In this document: in pieces, positions 41,962 through 55,170 of the stretch
Position numbering within the stretch: position 1 is the first letter of the stretch
Layout: every line of letters starts with the position of its first letter
Assembly (NCBI GenBank): GCA_951406725.2
Contig: OX597833.1
Span: 16,554,001 to 16,618,000, forward strand
Source of the DNA: Octopus vulgaris
Taxonomy: Eukaryota
Length of the DNA stretch: 64,000 bases
Direction: 5' to 3'
Translations under genes and position numbers: made by a program
Notes under the pieces: generated by a model
Databases searched by the model: none
What the model was told of the DNA's origin: nothing
Seen by the model: only the letters and a program-made list of their open reading frames with translations

Positions 41962-43188
41962 GTCATAAAATTAGAGCTGTTGTCATTCACGATTCTCACT
42001 TCCTGTTTAATGTATTAGAATAATTTTTGAGAATTCGGTATTCTTGGAATTTTGATACCTTTTTTTTAAGTGGATAAATATTCCATGCTTCATTGAAGAG
42101 TTGGAACGTCAATGAACACTTTCTCTTCAAAACCCATCACACACGATGCCGTTTTGTTTGTTCCTTCTCGAGCCACGCCTGGCTCATAAGGGCCTGTTTC
42201 CCGGTTTCTTGGCGTATAAGTTCCCCACCTGGACGGGACGCCGGTCCGTCGCAGGTGAGCTGCAAGATGCAGGAGGAAAGTGTGAGAGAAAGTTGAGGCC
42301 AAAGAGTCAGCAGAAGTTCGCCATTACATTCTGGTGCTTAGGTGTTTTGCTCATAAACACACACATCGCCCGGTCTGAGATTCGAACCCGCGATCCCTCG
42401 ACCGCGAGTCCGCTGCTCTAACCACACGGACATGTGCCTCTACACTACGATGTCGTTGAATTGAAATGTAAGGCAACCCCTGTCAGTTTGAAACAACTAC
42501 CGTTGCTTGTCACTGTCAGTTTCTTATTTCTTTACAACCCACAAGGGGCTAAACACAGAGGGGACAAACAAGGACAGACAACGGGATTAAGTCGATTACA
42601 TGGACCCCAGTGCGTGACTGGTACTTAATTTATCGACCCCGAAAGGATGAAAGGCAAAGTCGTCCTCGGCGGAATTTGAACTCAGAACGTAGCGGCAGAG
42701 GGAATACCTATTTCTTTACTACCCAGAAGGGGCTAAACACAGAGAGGACAAATAAGGACAGACAAACGGATTAAGTCGATGACATCGACCCCAGTACGTG
42801 ACTGGTACTTATCGACCTCGAAAGGATGAAAGGCAAAGTCGACCTCGGACCCACATCTTTCATTTCTTACTATTGCCTCCTTAGCTATTTCGTATCTCTA
42901 CCATATAACTTATTCACTCCTCTTTCACTTCCCTTGGTCGTTGCTCGAACAATGCTCGCTGTCGTGGACTTATAACCGGAAACACCAACTTTTTCTCACA
43001 GCAACTAACCTTAATCTTATGCGATGGATCCCGACGGCAAAGTGTTCATTGAAGCCCCAAAACTTCAATGAAGCATGAAACGTTTATCCACTTAAAATTT
43101 CTATCAGATTCCAAAAAGCACTGAATTCTGAGAAATCCTTCCACTACTTTGAACAGGAACCGAGAGCAAGAACTCTAATTTTATGGCA
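41962..43188. mobile_element. Old inverted-repeat element (~160-bp arms) split by later SINE insertions
   Basis: 41962-42122 is the diverged reverse complement of 43039-43188. A tRNA-SINE (~42130-42440, -) and a family-B dimer (~42520-42850, -) lie between the arms. Confidence 0.7.
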
Positions 43189-44151
43189 CCTTTCTTATAA
43201 AGCCCAGGCCTACCAATACCCTGTGAGGGGATCTGGTAGAGGAAAACTAGGCCATTTTAGAGTTGAAAGCGTTGATTAAAAGAGTTAAAAGTTACCGATT
43301 TTTTTTTACATATGACTCACCAACGATACATATATGAACGACCTATGGCAATGTACAAAACCGCTGATCTATTGGCTGGTTGTCAATTACCTTATCAGCA
43401 TGTTGATCGGCGATCCGAAAATTTAGATAATCTCAGTTTTACCAACTTGTACTAGTTATATCGACCGCCAAGGCGGTTTCAAATTGTTTTCTGAAACAAT
43501 GTTCAGATGTCTGCAGTGTGAAAAATACGATGTTTAGATAAAACATATTTATGTGAAATGACCCTATCTGATGTTAGAATCTTTGTAGATACAACTTTAC
43601 GATCTAGTTCTCTCTTTTAAGCTTGTAACAACAGATTAATCTTTAAGCATGTGATTCATGTAACATGGAGCCATCATTTCTCTCGAACTGATTGTTATCT
43701 TTCATAATTTATTCTTTTCTTTTCTTTTTTTTCTTTTACTTGTTTCAGTCGTTTGACACTGCGGCCATGCTGGAGCACCGCCTTTTAGTCGAACAAATAG
43801 ACACCCCAGGACTTATTCTTTTGTAAGCCTAGTGCATATTCTATTCTTTCGTAACGACAAGGTTACAGGGATAAAATAAGTACCAGTTGATTACTGGGGT
43901 CGATGTAATCAACTTATCCCCTCCTCCGAAATCGCTAACCTTGTACCAAAATTTGAAACCAATATCACAATAATATTCGTTTAATGAAGGAGTATAGAAT
44001 CGGGATTAGTGTAGTAGGCTTATGATCGCTAGATTGTGGGTCCAATTCTAGGATCGGAATGATTATTATGCGCTTCAGCTAGGTCCTTCATTTCTCTTTA
44101 CTTTAGATTTTCTCAGCTGAAATGAAAATCAGTGGAGTACTTGCGCAGCTT

Positions 44152-44608
44152 TCTCTTCCTCTAGCTGTCCCATTCTATCCTCTAGCTGTCCCATTCTATC
44201 CTCTAGCTGGCCCATTCTATCCTCTAGCTATCCCATTCTATCCTCTAGCTGTGCCTTTCTATCCTGTAGCTGTCCCATTCTATCCCATTCTCTTCCTCTA
44301 GCTGTCCATTCTATCCCCTAGCTGTCCCATTCTATCCTCTAGTTGTCCCATTCTATCCTCTAGCTATCCCATTCTATCTTCTGGCTGTACCATTCTATCC
44401 TCTAGCTGTCCCTTTCTATCCTCTAGCTGTCCCTTTCTATCCTGTAGCTGTCCCATTCTATCTTGTAGCTGTCCCATTCTATCCTCTAGCTGTCCCATTT
44501 TATCCTCTAGCTGTCCCATTCTATCCCATTCTCTTCCTCTAGCTGTCCCATTCTATCCTCTAGCTATCCCATTCTATCCCATTCTCTTCCTCTAGATGTC
44601 CCATTCTC
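44152..44608. repeat. 21-bp minisatellite CTAGCTGTCCCATTCTATCCT, ~20 units
   Basis: Read directly; some units carry an extra CCATTCTCTT. Confidence 0.95.
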
Positions 44609-44998
44609 ATGGCTATGACTGAAAGTATACACCATGATATAAAGTCAAACACACCAGTGATTGACGGTTATTGTTTGCTATGTTTCTTATGACATCATGC
44701 TAGGTATTACCCTGAACATAGCCAGGCAAGGCTGTATGGTTAAGAAGCTCGTTCTGGAACAACGTGGATTCGGGTTCAGTCCCACTGCGCGGAAATATGG
44801 GCAAGCTTCTTTCACTTTACGTCTACCATATTCGACGGGCTTCCACACACTTTCCGTCTACCATATTCACAAGGCATCATTTGACTCGGGGCTAACTATA
44901 GCCCCGAGTCAAATGATGCCTTGTGAATATGGTAGACAGAAAGTGTGTGGAAGCCCGTCGTATACACACACACGCGCGCGCGCGCACACAGACACACA

Positions 44999-45090
<92 letters not shown>

Positions 45091-45092
45091 CA

Positions 45093-45975
45093 CAGGGTAC
45101 GGTGAATAAATTGTCGTCTAAATTACGCAAAAATGGAAGTAGTACTGACATCTCATTTTAACGGATATATTTACCAAAATTATATAAAAATATCTTGAAA
45201 TATTAGAGAGTAAATTTATTCAAAAAAATCGCCAATGGTTTCAACCACGGCCTCGAGACGACTTCGGAATCTCTTGCAACTTTTCAAGACGGCCTCCCTG
45301 TTTAAGTTGGTGAATGCTGCCATAATCCTTGCCTTCAGTCCATCTTTGGTGTTACAAGGAGTTTTGTCGGTCTCTCGCTCAACTGCAACCCACATATAAT
45401 AATAAAGGGGGTTGTAGTGTGGGAAGTTAGATGGCCAGATGTCAGGAGTGATGTGGTCGCAGAAACTGTATGACAGCCATGACTGGGTTCCCCTGCTTAT
45501 GTGGAATGGTGCAGAGAGATAAGGTTGCCAGGCATAGGGTCTTCCAGCAGCCACCCTCTTGACTCAGAGCAGCACTACCTTCTCCAGGCACTTGATGTAT
45601 GCCTCCGTGTTGAGTCTGAGGCCGTTTGGGAAGATGAATGGAGGCATAACTAGTGATCACGCCAAACACCATGATGTTGACTGAGTCTTTGATTTTTATC
45701 ACTCTCGGTACATGTCCTCAGATTGCACTATCCTCAGATTGACACCCAAACACTCTGAAATGTTCGTATTGGCGCTTTCGGTGTGAATGCCAAGCAGTAC
45801 AGCATGTCGTTTCCAAATTTCTGGCAGAGTGAATTGCGTCATGGTGCTGTTTTTCTTACAGACGGTGCCCGACTGACCCTACTATACTGTGTAGACGACA
45901 AAATCAAAAACAAACAATACGCTTGCACGAAGCTAAAGAATATAATATGGCAACAATTTACCCATTGCACCCTCT
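45093..45975 (-). mobile_element. Internally deleted Tc1/mariner-superfamily transposon
   Basis: Transposase C-terminus IWPSNFPHYNPLYYYMWVAVE...LKARIMAAF...CKRFRSRLEAVVE (degenerate WPxxSPDxNPLD) and VNIMVFGVIT. Imperfect ~26-bp TIRs CAGGGTACGGTGAATAAATTGTCG / GAGGGTGCAATGGGTAAATTGTTG. Confidence 0.88.
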
Positions 45976-46301
45976 ATATATATTCATGTGTGATTGTGCC
46001 TGTGTCTATCACCAGGCCTTCTCTTGACAACCGTTGTCGGTTTGTTTACATCCCTTTAGCGTGGCAGATCGGCCGATAGGAAAAAGTATCAGAATGAAAG
46101 AAAATGAAAGGAAAAGGAAACGTAAATACTATGGTCGATTTTGTTCGACAAATAAATAACCCTGAAGCTAGTGCCCCAGCATGGCCGCATTTCAATGAAT
46201 GGAACGAGTAAGAAAGAAAAAAAAAAAGATTAAGGACATCAAGACACGGTTTGATGTAATGTATGGAAGCAAACACATGCAAGCTAATATTTCTTGTTAT
46301 T

Positions 46302-46685
46302 AAGGCGGCGATCTGGCAGAAACGTTAGCACGCCGGGCGAAGTGCTTTGCCGCTACGTTCTGAGTTCAAATTCTGCCCACGTGGACTTTGCCTTTCATCC
46401 TTTCGGGGTCGATTAAATAAGTATTAGTTACGCATTGGGGTCGATATAATCGACTTAATCCGTTTATCTGTCCTTGTTTGTCCTCTCTGTGTTTAGACCC
46501 TTGTGGGTAGTAAAGAAATAGGTATTTCGTCTGTCTTTACGTTCTGAGTTCAAATTCCGCCGAAGTCAACTTTGCCTTTTATCCTTTTGGGTCGATTAAT
46601 TAAGTACCAGTTGCGTACTGGGGTCGATCTAATCAACTGGTTCCCATCCCCCAAATTTCGGGCCTTGTACATAGAGTAAAAAGAA
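46302..46685 (+). mobile_element. Family-B SINE dimer
   Basis: Head AAGGCGGCGATCTGGCAG. Confidence 0.88.
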
Positions 46686-46741
46686 TATTCCTTTACATTA
46701 TTTACACTTGACGGATATTTGTCCTCATCTTGTTTGTTGTT

Positions 46742-46787
46742 AACACAACGTTTCGGATGATATACCCTCCAGCCTTCATCAGGTGTC
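46742..46787 (-). ncRNA. Minimal type-I hammerhead-like motif (canonical CUGAUGA core)
   Basis: GACAC-CTGATGA-A-GGCTG(10 nt)CATCC-GAAACGTT-GTGTT, with palindromic stem III AACGTT. Confidence 0.7.
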
Positions 46788-46839
46788 TTAAGGAAATTTC
46801 AAACCTGGGTTCTCATTCCTAAGGTATTTTTCGATGCTC

Positions 46840-46932
<93 letters not shown>

Positions 46933-47172
46933 TCACTGCTTGGAATCGAACTCGGAATCTTGGGGTTAGTAGCCCACTTCGCCATATGCCCATGGGCATA
47001 TGACGTAATAGTTAAGGGCGCAGGCTACTAACCCCAAGATTCCGAGTTCGATTCCAAGCAGTAACCTGAACAACAACAACAACGACAACAACAACAACAA
47101 CAACAACAATAATAATAATAACAACATCGAAAAATACCTTAGGAATGAGAACCCAGGTTCGAAATTTCCCAA

Positions 47173-47218
47173 GACACCCGAAGAAGGCTGGAGGGTATAT
47201 CAGCCGAAACGTTGTGTT
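47173..47218 (+). ncRNA. Minimal type-I hammerhead-like motif (core CCGAAGA, perfect stem II)
   Basis: GACAC-CCGAAGA-A-GGCTG(10 nt)CAGCC-GAAACGTT-GTGTT. Confidence 0.65.
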
Positions 47219-47409
47219 AACAACAAACAAGATGAGGACAAATATCCGTCGAATGTAAATAATGTAAATAATGTATATAATTCCTCATCTCTTAAATATA
47301 GAACTGTAGAATATTTCTTGTCATTAGACAAGGCTTGGTTAGCTTTGTCTTGTATTTACAGTCTATTATATTTACTAATTTTTTATGCTATTAATAACTT
47401 TATAATTGA

Positions 47410-47795
47410 CTAGCAGTATCGCCCGGCGTTGCTCGGGTTTGTAAAGGAAATAACTATAAAGCATTTTTAGAGAGTTATAGCCAAAAAATAGCAAAAAATG
47501 CATTAAAAATGGAAAAAAATTATGGTAAATATTTTTTAAAATCGTTGACTCATCGTAGACATATTTAGAGAGTTACGTCCCTTTATTAAAAAAAATATGC
47601 ATTAAAATGGAAAAAATGATGGTAAATTATTTTTAAAATCGTAGACTCATCGTAGACGCGCGCTAATACCCAGAAGGGCTCGATATGAATCACGACTATA
47701 AGATACCCGGTTTTGGGTATCTTATAAAATGTGGGAGTAGTTAGGAATCTAAATCGGAGTAGACAGACACACAACCTTTCTTTTATATATAAAGA
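47410..47795 (-). mobile_element. Non-autonomous Helitron, complete
   Basis: Paralog of 31740-32132 with A|TC...CTAG|T ends. Confidence 0.88.
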
Positions 47796-48578
47796 TATAA
47801 TAACACCCGGATTATAGATTTATATCATTACCAGTAAAATTTGTAACTTTGAAGGTGGCCGTCATTAAATTTGTCTGACGAAAATGCAACATTGCTTAAG
47901 AATCAATGCATTCGCGTGGAAATACAGGCGAATACAGAATGCAAAATTGAAAACAAAATATTTGATAAACTTTCAGATACAGTCTTTTGTTTTTTAAGTG
48001 TCACTTCTGTTTTATAACTGACATTTGCTATTGAAAAGCAAAAAGCAAAACATAGACAGTGCAACTCTGTGGCTTCTCAATAGTAGACGCTGACGTATAT
48101 TAGACGTCATACAGCGTTGATGAGTCTCTGGAAGAATAAGAAAATGGAGAAAAACAATATCGTTTCATTCCGACTTGAGTCAAGTCTATAATATACACGT
48201 TCATACACGCGCACACATACGCATACGCATACATACATACACGCTCGCTCGCAGAAATGTAGATCCAAGCACAAATGTAGATGTTTACACACAAATATAT
48301 ACAGGCTGCTTCATTTCATTAAATTTGTCAAGAAGACAGTACACAGATTAGGTAGCTTTGCGGTCTGGACAAGACATTAGTGAAATGAATGATAATGATA
48401 CAAGGATGATAAGGATGAGAGAAGACAAAAAGCGCCCGCTGACCCTCTGCTTCTCTATAACATTGTTCTTTAACAAATCATTACATGAGGCAGTGAACCT
48501 CTTACAATTCGTCGAAAATGACAACAATATTAATCATTACAAATATAAAAATATATTTTTCATATTTCGGCGCTAAGC

Positions 48579-49320
48579 CTATTCTTCTTCGTCCCCGACA
48601 AGGCTGTGAGCTGCCCATATGTTACTGCTCCGGATCCAGTCGGGGTCCCCAAAATTGACTCTAAACAAGTGCTTCGTAAAGGAGCCCAACACCATGTTGA
48701 CCGCCGATATGACCATCGCAGTTTCGCCCCTGACCAGGCTGAAAGCTGCCCCTAGGTACTGATTCAGATCCCGGTCGGGGTCCCAAAATTCGGCTCTAAG
48801 CAAGTCCTTCGTAAAGGAGCCCAACAACATGGACATGTTGACCTCCGATATGACCTTCGCAGTTTCGCCCCCGACCAGGCTGTAAGCTGCCCATAGGTAC
48901 TGCTTCGGATCCCGGTCGGGGTCCTCCAAATCGACTCTAAACAAGCCCTTTGTAAAGGAGCCCAACACTATGGACATGTTGACCTCGGATATGTCATTCG
49001 CAGTCACCTGCGAAGGCCAAACTCCTGCCTTCGGTCCAGGCTAAGAGCTCCTCCGTCAAGCCTCGCTTCTATAGGAAGCGTTCTATCGCCCCTCCCTTCA
49101 GAAAAATTATGACAAACTCATCTTTAACTCCTTCTGGGAGGGGGTCACTGCTCCCTCTGTCGGTGGCACACTTCCCACCAACAGAGTTTCGGGGCATGCT
49201 GGCAGTTGATCGTCAACTGCCAACGATGTCCCATTCTTTTTTCTCTTTTTCTTTCTTTTCCCTCTTCTCGCAGTTTCTATCTCTCAAATTTTACTGCTTT
49301 GCAGTCGCAGGAATCCTCTA
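48579..49320 (-). pseudogene. Degenerate coding-like segment ending in three 141-bp (47-aa) tandem repeats; possibly a LINE ORF1 C-terminus
   Basis: Units at 48867-49007, 48726-48866 and 48591-48725 (135 bp). Upstream EWDIVGS...EFVIIFLKGGAIERFL*KRGL is separated by stops and a frameshift. Confidence 0.5.
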
Positions 49321-49680
49321 GAAAAGTTCGAAGAAAATAGACTTGTTCAAGGCACCAGGATTGATATTCTACGTTCTTTTGCATACTCAAACAGACCCAT
49401 TGCCGGGGACGGATTTAATTAATTTGAGGTTTTATGACGGCTTTAATTGCGTTTCGATGACTTGAACCTTCCATTAATCTTCATGTTTACCTCATTATGT
49501 CTTTGCTATATTCGTCAGAGGTATGGACGCCATATTGACGATACTTTAAAATCCTAGAAAGATTCCACCAGGTGTGCTTAAAACAGACAGACACATACAC
49601 ACACACATCTTTCCATCCTAGTGTGTGTATGTATGTATTTATGCATGTATATATATATATATATATATATATGCATGTAA

Positions 49681-49713
<33 letters not shown>

Positions 49714-49972
49714 TGTATGCATGTATGTATATATATATATATATATCATTCACACATAAGTGTGAATGATATATAAGTCATATGACGTGTAATGTTTAAC
49801 TCATTTTTGTTTAATATACATACACACATATGTAAGTATGTATTTATGTTTGTATGTACAGATAAACATACAAACATACATACATGCATAAACACATACA
49901 TACATACATATATACATACATACATACATACATATACACATACATACATACATAAAACATACATACATACAT

Positions 49973-50006
<34 letters not shown>

Positions 50007-50009
50007 GCA

Positions 50010-50043
<34 letters not shown>

Positions 50044-50507
50044 CATACATACATACATACACACGTTGAAAATTATTTACATCTGACACAGAAGTGCTGA
50101 AAAGGGGAACGTTTTTTTTTTACAGTATAGACGTATTATCAAATATCAGATGAGGCTGAGTTAGTCATGTTTATCAGTGTTGATGACTTCAGATATCCAA
50201 AAACGAAATTTTTTTTTTCTATGATGAATTAGTTTCCTTGATAAGCGTTCCCAGTACGAATCAAAAAAAAAGACCAAAAAAAAACTTCCATGACGTCATA
50301 AATGAAAACCTTGAGTCTTTGAACATTATTAAAATGAAATCATCTGGATATAAATATAAACAGATGAGGATCTGTAACCAGGAAACATTGTTCGTTATTC
50401 GCGAAAAAGAAATGTGCAAAACAAATTTCATGGGTGCAGGCGCATGGCTGTGTGGTAAGAAGTTTGATTCTCAGTCATATATATGTGGTCACGGGTTCAG
50501 TACCACT

Positions 50508-50917
50508 CTTTACTCTTTATTCTTTAACTTGTTTCAGTCATTTGACTGCGGCCATGCTGGAGCACCGCCTTTAGTCGAGGAAATCGACCCCCAGGACTTA
50601 TTCTTTGTAAGCCCAGTACTTATTTTATCGGTCTCTTTTGCCGAACCGCTAAGTTACGGTGACGTAAACACACCAACATCGGTTGTCAAGCGATGTTGGG
50701 GGACAAACACAGCAGACACACAAACACACACACACATATACATACATATATACGACGGGCTTCTTTCAGTTTCCGTCTACCAAATCCACTCACAAGGCTT
50801 TGGTCGGCCCGAGGCTATAGTAGAAGACACTTGCCCAAGGTGTCACGCAGTGGGACTGAACCCGGAACCATGTGGTTGGTAAGCAAGCTACTTACCACAC
50901 AGCCACTCCTGCGCCTA
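50508..50917 (-). mobile_element. Young family-A SINE nested in an older opposite-strand family-A copy (~50433-50992)
   Basis: TSD-like GT(A/G)CCACT at 50500-50507 and 50920-50927. Confidence 0.85.
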
Positions 50918-51037
50918 TGGTGCCACTGTGTGGCACCTTGGACAAGTGTCTTCTATAAGAGCCTCGGGCCGCCGACCAAATCCTTGTGAGTGGGCATCGG
51001 TGTTTAAGTTTGAACCATTTGAGCTCTACTGTACTCT

Positions 51038-51183
<146 letters not shown>

Positions 51184-51252
51184 GCATACTTTTATATAAA
51201 TATATTATTTATATTATTATTATTTAATTGAACGCCACGCATCCATTTCCAA

Positions 51253-51291
<39 letters not shown>

Positions 51292-51347
51292 TATACATAT
51301 ATGTATGTATGCATGTATGTATGTACGTATATATATATATATATATA

Positions 51348-51426
<79 letters not shown>

Positions 51427-51975
51427 GTGTGCGTGTCTTTGTGTGTGCGTTTGTTATCTCTTCCTCAGATATGGTTAAATGACAAAAACACCAGCAGGTA
51501 TTTGTGTTGGTGTGTTTACATCCCCGTAGCCTAGCAGTTCGGTAAAAGAGACCGATATAATAAGTACTGGGCTTAAAATAAAAAAGAAAGAAAAAGCCCT
51601 GAGGTTGATTTGTTCCACTAAAACCCTTCAAGGCGGTTCCCCAGTATGGCCGCAGTCAAAAATGACTGAATCAAGAAAAAGAAAAAAAGTTTAAACATAA
51701 AAGATGAGAGGGCCGAACGCTCCAAGATGCTGAGATTCTGTACGGAATAGGGTCCAGACGTGTTCTTCCTTGCACTGGCTGTGGCCGTATTAAGCTTTGA
51801 AAAGACGTTATTTTGAAGCATGTCAGTAGACAAGCAAAAGGTTTATCTTCAAGTTGTTCCACCAGCAGCACCAACCAAGCACTGCTGTGCTCTATGCTAG
51901 TGCTTCTCAATCTATCTGAAGTGTCGTCCGGCAATTTGTTTTCCCCCAAAGTACCAGGGACCGGTAATAGTTCTA

Positions 51976-52210
51976 AAGGCGGCGAGCTGGCAGAAACGTT
52001 AGCACGCCGGGCGAAATGCTTAGCTGTATTTCGTCTGCCGCTACGTTCTGAGTTCAAATTCCGCCGAGGTCGACTTTGCCTTTCATCCTTTCGGGGTCGT
52101 TAAACTAAGTACCAGTTACGCACTGGGGTCGATATAATCGACTTAATCCGTTTGTCTGTCCTTGTTTGTCCTCTCTGTGTTTAGCCCCTTGTGGGTAGTA
52201 AAGAAATAGG
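51976..52210 (+). mobile_element. Family-B SINE monomer
   Basis: Complete from head to AAAGAAATAGG. Confidence 0.9.
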
Positions 52211-52274
52211 TAATAGTTCTTAGAAATATTAATTTATACCGAAAACAATATATATAATGAATATAATGAATATG

Positions 52275-52442
52275 TAGGCGCAGGAGCGGCTGTGTGGTAA
52301 GTAGCTTGATTACCGACCACATGGTTCCGGGTTCAGTCCCACTGCGCGGCACCTTGGGCAAGTGTCGTCTACTATAAACTGGGACCGACCAAGGCCTTGT
52401 GAGTGGATTTGGTAGACGGAAACTGAAAAGAAGCCCGTTATA

Positions 52443-52508
<66 letters not shown>

Positions 52509-52800
52509 CATATATATATGTGTGTGTGTATGTGTGCGTGTGTGTATGCGTGTGTGTGTTTGTCTGTGTGCGTATTTGTGTGTCTGTGTTTGCCCCCCCT
52601 ACCATCGCTTAACAACACAACCGTTGTTGGTGTGTTTACGTCCTCATAGCTTAGTGGTTCTGCAAAAGAGACAGATAGGATAAGTACTAGACTTACAAAA
52701 GAATAATTCCTGGGGGGTCGATTAGTTCGACTAAAGGCGGTGCTCCAGTATGGCCGCAGTCTAACGACTGAAACAAATAAAAGAATAACAGAATAAGAGA
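52275..52800 (+). mobile_element. Family-A SINE, full length
   Basis: AGGCGCAGGAGCGGCTGTGTGGTAAG head, with tail repeats. Confidence 0.9.
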
Positions 52801-53216
52801 ATAATAAAAGTTGAGAATTCTTTTATCTTTTATTCATTTTGTAAACACATTATACAATATTACATAAACATTTTATAAGCATTTTATAATGTTACTTTCT
52901 CTTCTGGAAACTCACCGCGTCCCAGCAGCTGATGGCTCGCAGACCGGTACCAGTCCGCGGAGCACCAGTTTCAGTAGCACTGCTCTAAGGCTCAATGTGA
53001 TGCACATCTGAAGATACGTTTAAAACATACATTTTTGATAAACGTGCGAGCCATCAGCTGATGCCTCTATTAGCTTTTTAGATTTTTACTCGCCGCCTTT
53101 GTGGCTTAGATTCTTGGAGTGAGCGGTGCGTTGTGTTGTTGAGCAAGATACTTCATTTCACTTTACTCCAGTCAATTCAGCAACCTGCGACGAAACTGCT
53201 ACTACTACCACTACTA

Positions 53217-53307
<91 letters not shown>

Positions 53308-54164
53308 ATTTAGTCTAAGATTGCAAAAGCATAATCTTGAAAATAAGAAATGATGTACCATTAACGACTGAAGATCAGCTACATTTTCTGTAAATATAGG
53401 CGTCGCTCTTAAATTTGGGGCAAACACATCAAGCCCTTTTGTAAGCAGAATGTTTAGAAATGTTCGTTAGTAATTCTGGGTTCGTATGCTGTATCTTACG
53501 GATCTGAGATATGTTGAGAAGTTCAGTGCCAACTCCTAGAACATTGTTCTCTTTAATTTTGCTAATACGTTTAAATGAATTCCGTCTTGTCATGTTTGTC
53601 CATCTGTCCATCCATCGAACCATCCATTGATCCATCGATCCATCCATCCATCCATCCATCCACCCATCTTCTCGCCTACTACGGGATTAAAGTCGTCAGG
53701 CACTTTTCTATTAGAAGCAACCGTCATTATATTTTTCGGCTGGATTTCCATGCGTGACCAACCGAATCGATGAGTATTATTCAACCAACTCAATCACGAT
53801 CGAGTCCTTGCCCTCATGCCTGATCGGCTCCTCTGGACGAATCTGTCTTGCGATTCCTTCCTGAAACAGTCAGATACATTCTGTCTGTACGCAGTCAAGC
53901 GCAATCAGTTTATTAGAGCAACTGCCGTAGTGGTGGTACACAGAACCAGTCAGATAATACGCTTTGGAAAGGCATGAATTTCACAACACTTCTGGTCTTA
54001 TCTTTTTCCCTATCTTAATTTTTACGAGAGCTATCGACTATGGAGAGATGTCTTTTAAACATGAAACCCTGGTGTTTAAATATCTGACTTGCTTTGCTGC
54101 TAGATTGTGTGGGATACTTATAGCTTGTTATACCGATTTTATGTAACAGCCGTATGTAGTGAAA

Positions 54165-55170
54165 CACACACACACACACAGTGCCATCCACACACACACA
54201 CACAGAGTGGAATCCACACACACACAATGGCATCCACACACACACACACACAGTGGCACCCCCACACACAGTGGCACACCCCACACAGTGGCATCAACAC
54301 ACACAGTAGCATCCACACACACAATGGCATCTACACACACCAGTGGCATCTACACACACTGTGGCATTCACACACACACTGTGGCATTCACACACACACT
54401 GTGGCATTCACACACACACACACACAGTGGCATCTACACACACTGTGGAATTCACACACACATAGTGGCATTCACACACACACTGTGGCATCCACACACA
54501 CACACACAGTGGCATCCACACAGTGGCATCCACACACACACACACAGTGGCATCCACACACACACAGTGGCATCAACACGCACACAGTGGCATCCACACA
54601 CACACACAGTGGCATCCACACACACACAGTGGCATCCACACACACACATAGTGGCATCCATACACACACAGTGGAATCCACACACAGAGTGGCATCCACA
54701 CACACACACAGTGGCATCCACACACACACAGTGGAATCCACACACACACAGTGGCATCCATACACACACAGTGGCACCCACACACACACACAGTGGCATC
54801 CACACATACACACAGTGGCACCCACACACACACACAGTGGCATACACACACACACAGTGGAATCCACACACACACAGTGGCACCCACACACACACACAGT
54901 GGCATCCACACATACACAGTGGCATTCACACACACACACACACAGTGGCATCCACATACAGATAGTGGCATCCACACACACACACACAGTGGCATCCACA
55001 CACACATACTGGCATCCACACACACACACAGTGGCATCCACACACACATAGTGGCATCCACACACACACAGTGGCATCCACACACACATAGTCGCATCCA
55101 CACACACACAGTGGCATCCACACACACACAGTGGCATCCACACACACACAGTGGCATCCACACACACATG
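54165..55170. repeat. ~20-bp minisatellite (CA)4-7-GTGGCATC, ~45-50 units
   Basis: Read directly from the sequence. Confidence 0.95.

Larger units (their letters stand above)
46692..47290. mobile_element. Head-to-head pair of a short element: tRNA-like head + (AAT/AAC)n + hammerhead
   Basis: Arms 46692-46974 and 47022-47268 are reverse complements. B box GAGTTCGATTCC in both. Confidence 0.85.

Noticed and set aside
51690-51970. Unique-looking ORF segment as a host exon
   Set aside because: No convincing splice or frame evidence. Its weak resemblance to an RTE linker region is not enough to call either way.
52926-53060. 16-bp inverted repeat and hAT-like end (...TTTCAGTAGCACTG)
   Set aside because: No matching other terminus or TSD found, so the element cannot be delimited.
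54165-55170. Regularly spaced GTGGCATC repeats (CRISPR-like periodicity); also 44152-44608
   Set aside because: The spacers are (CA)n or absent, there are no cas genes, and the context is eukaryotic.
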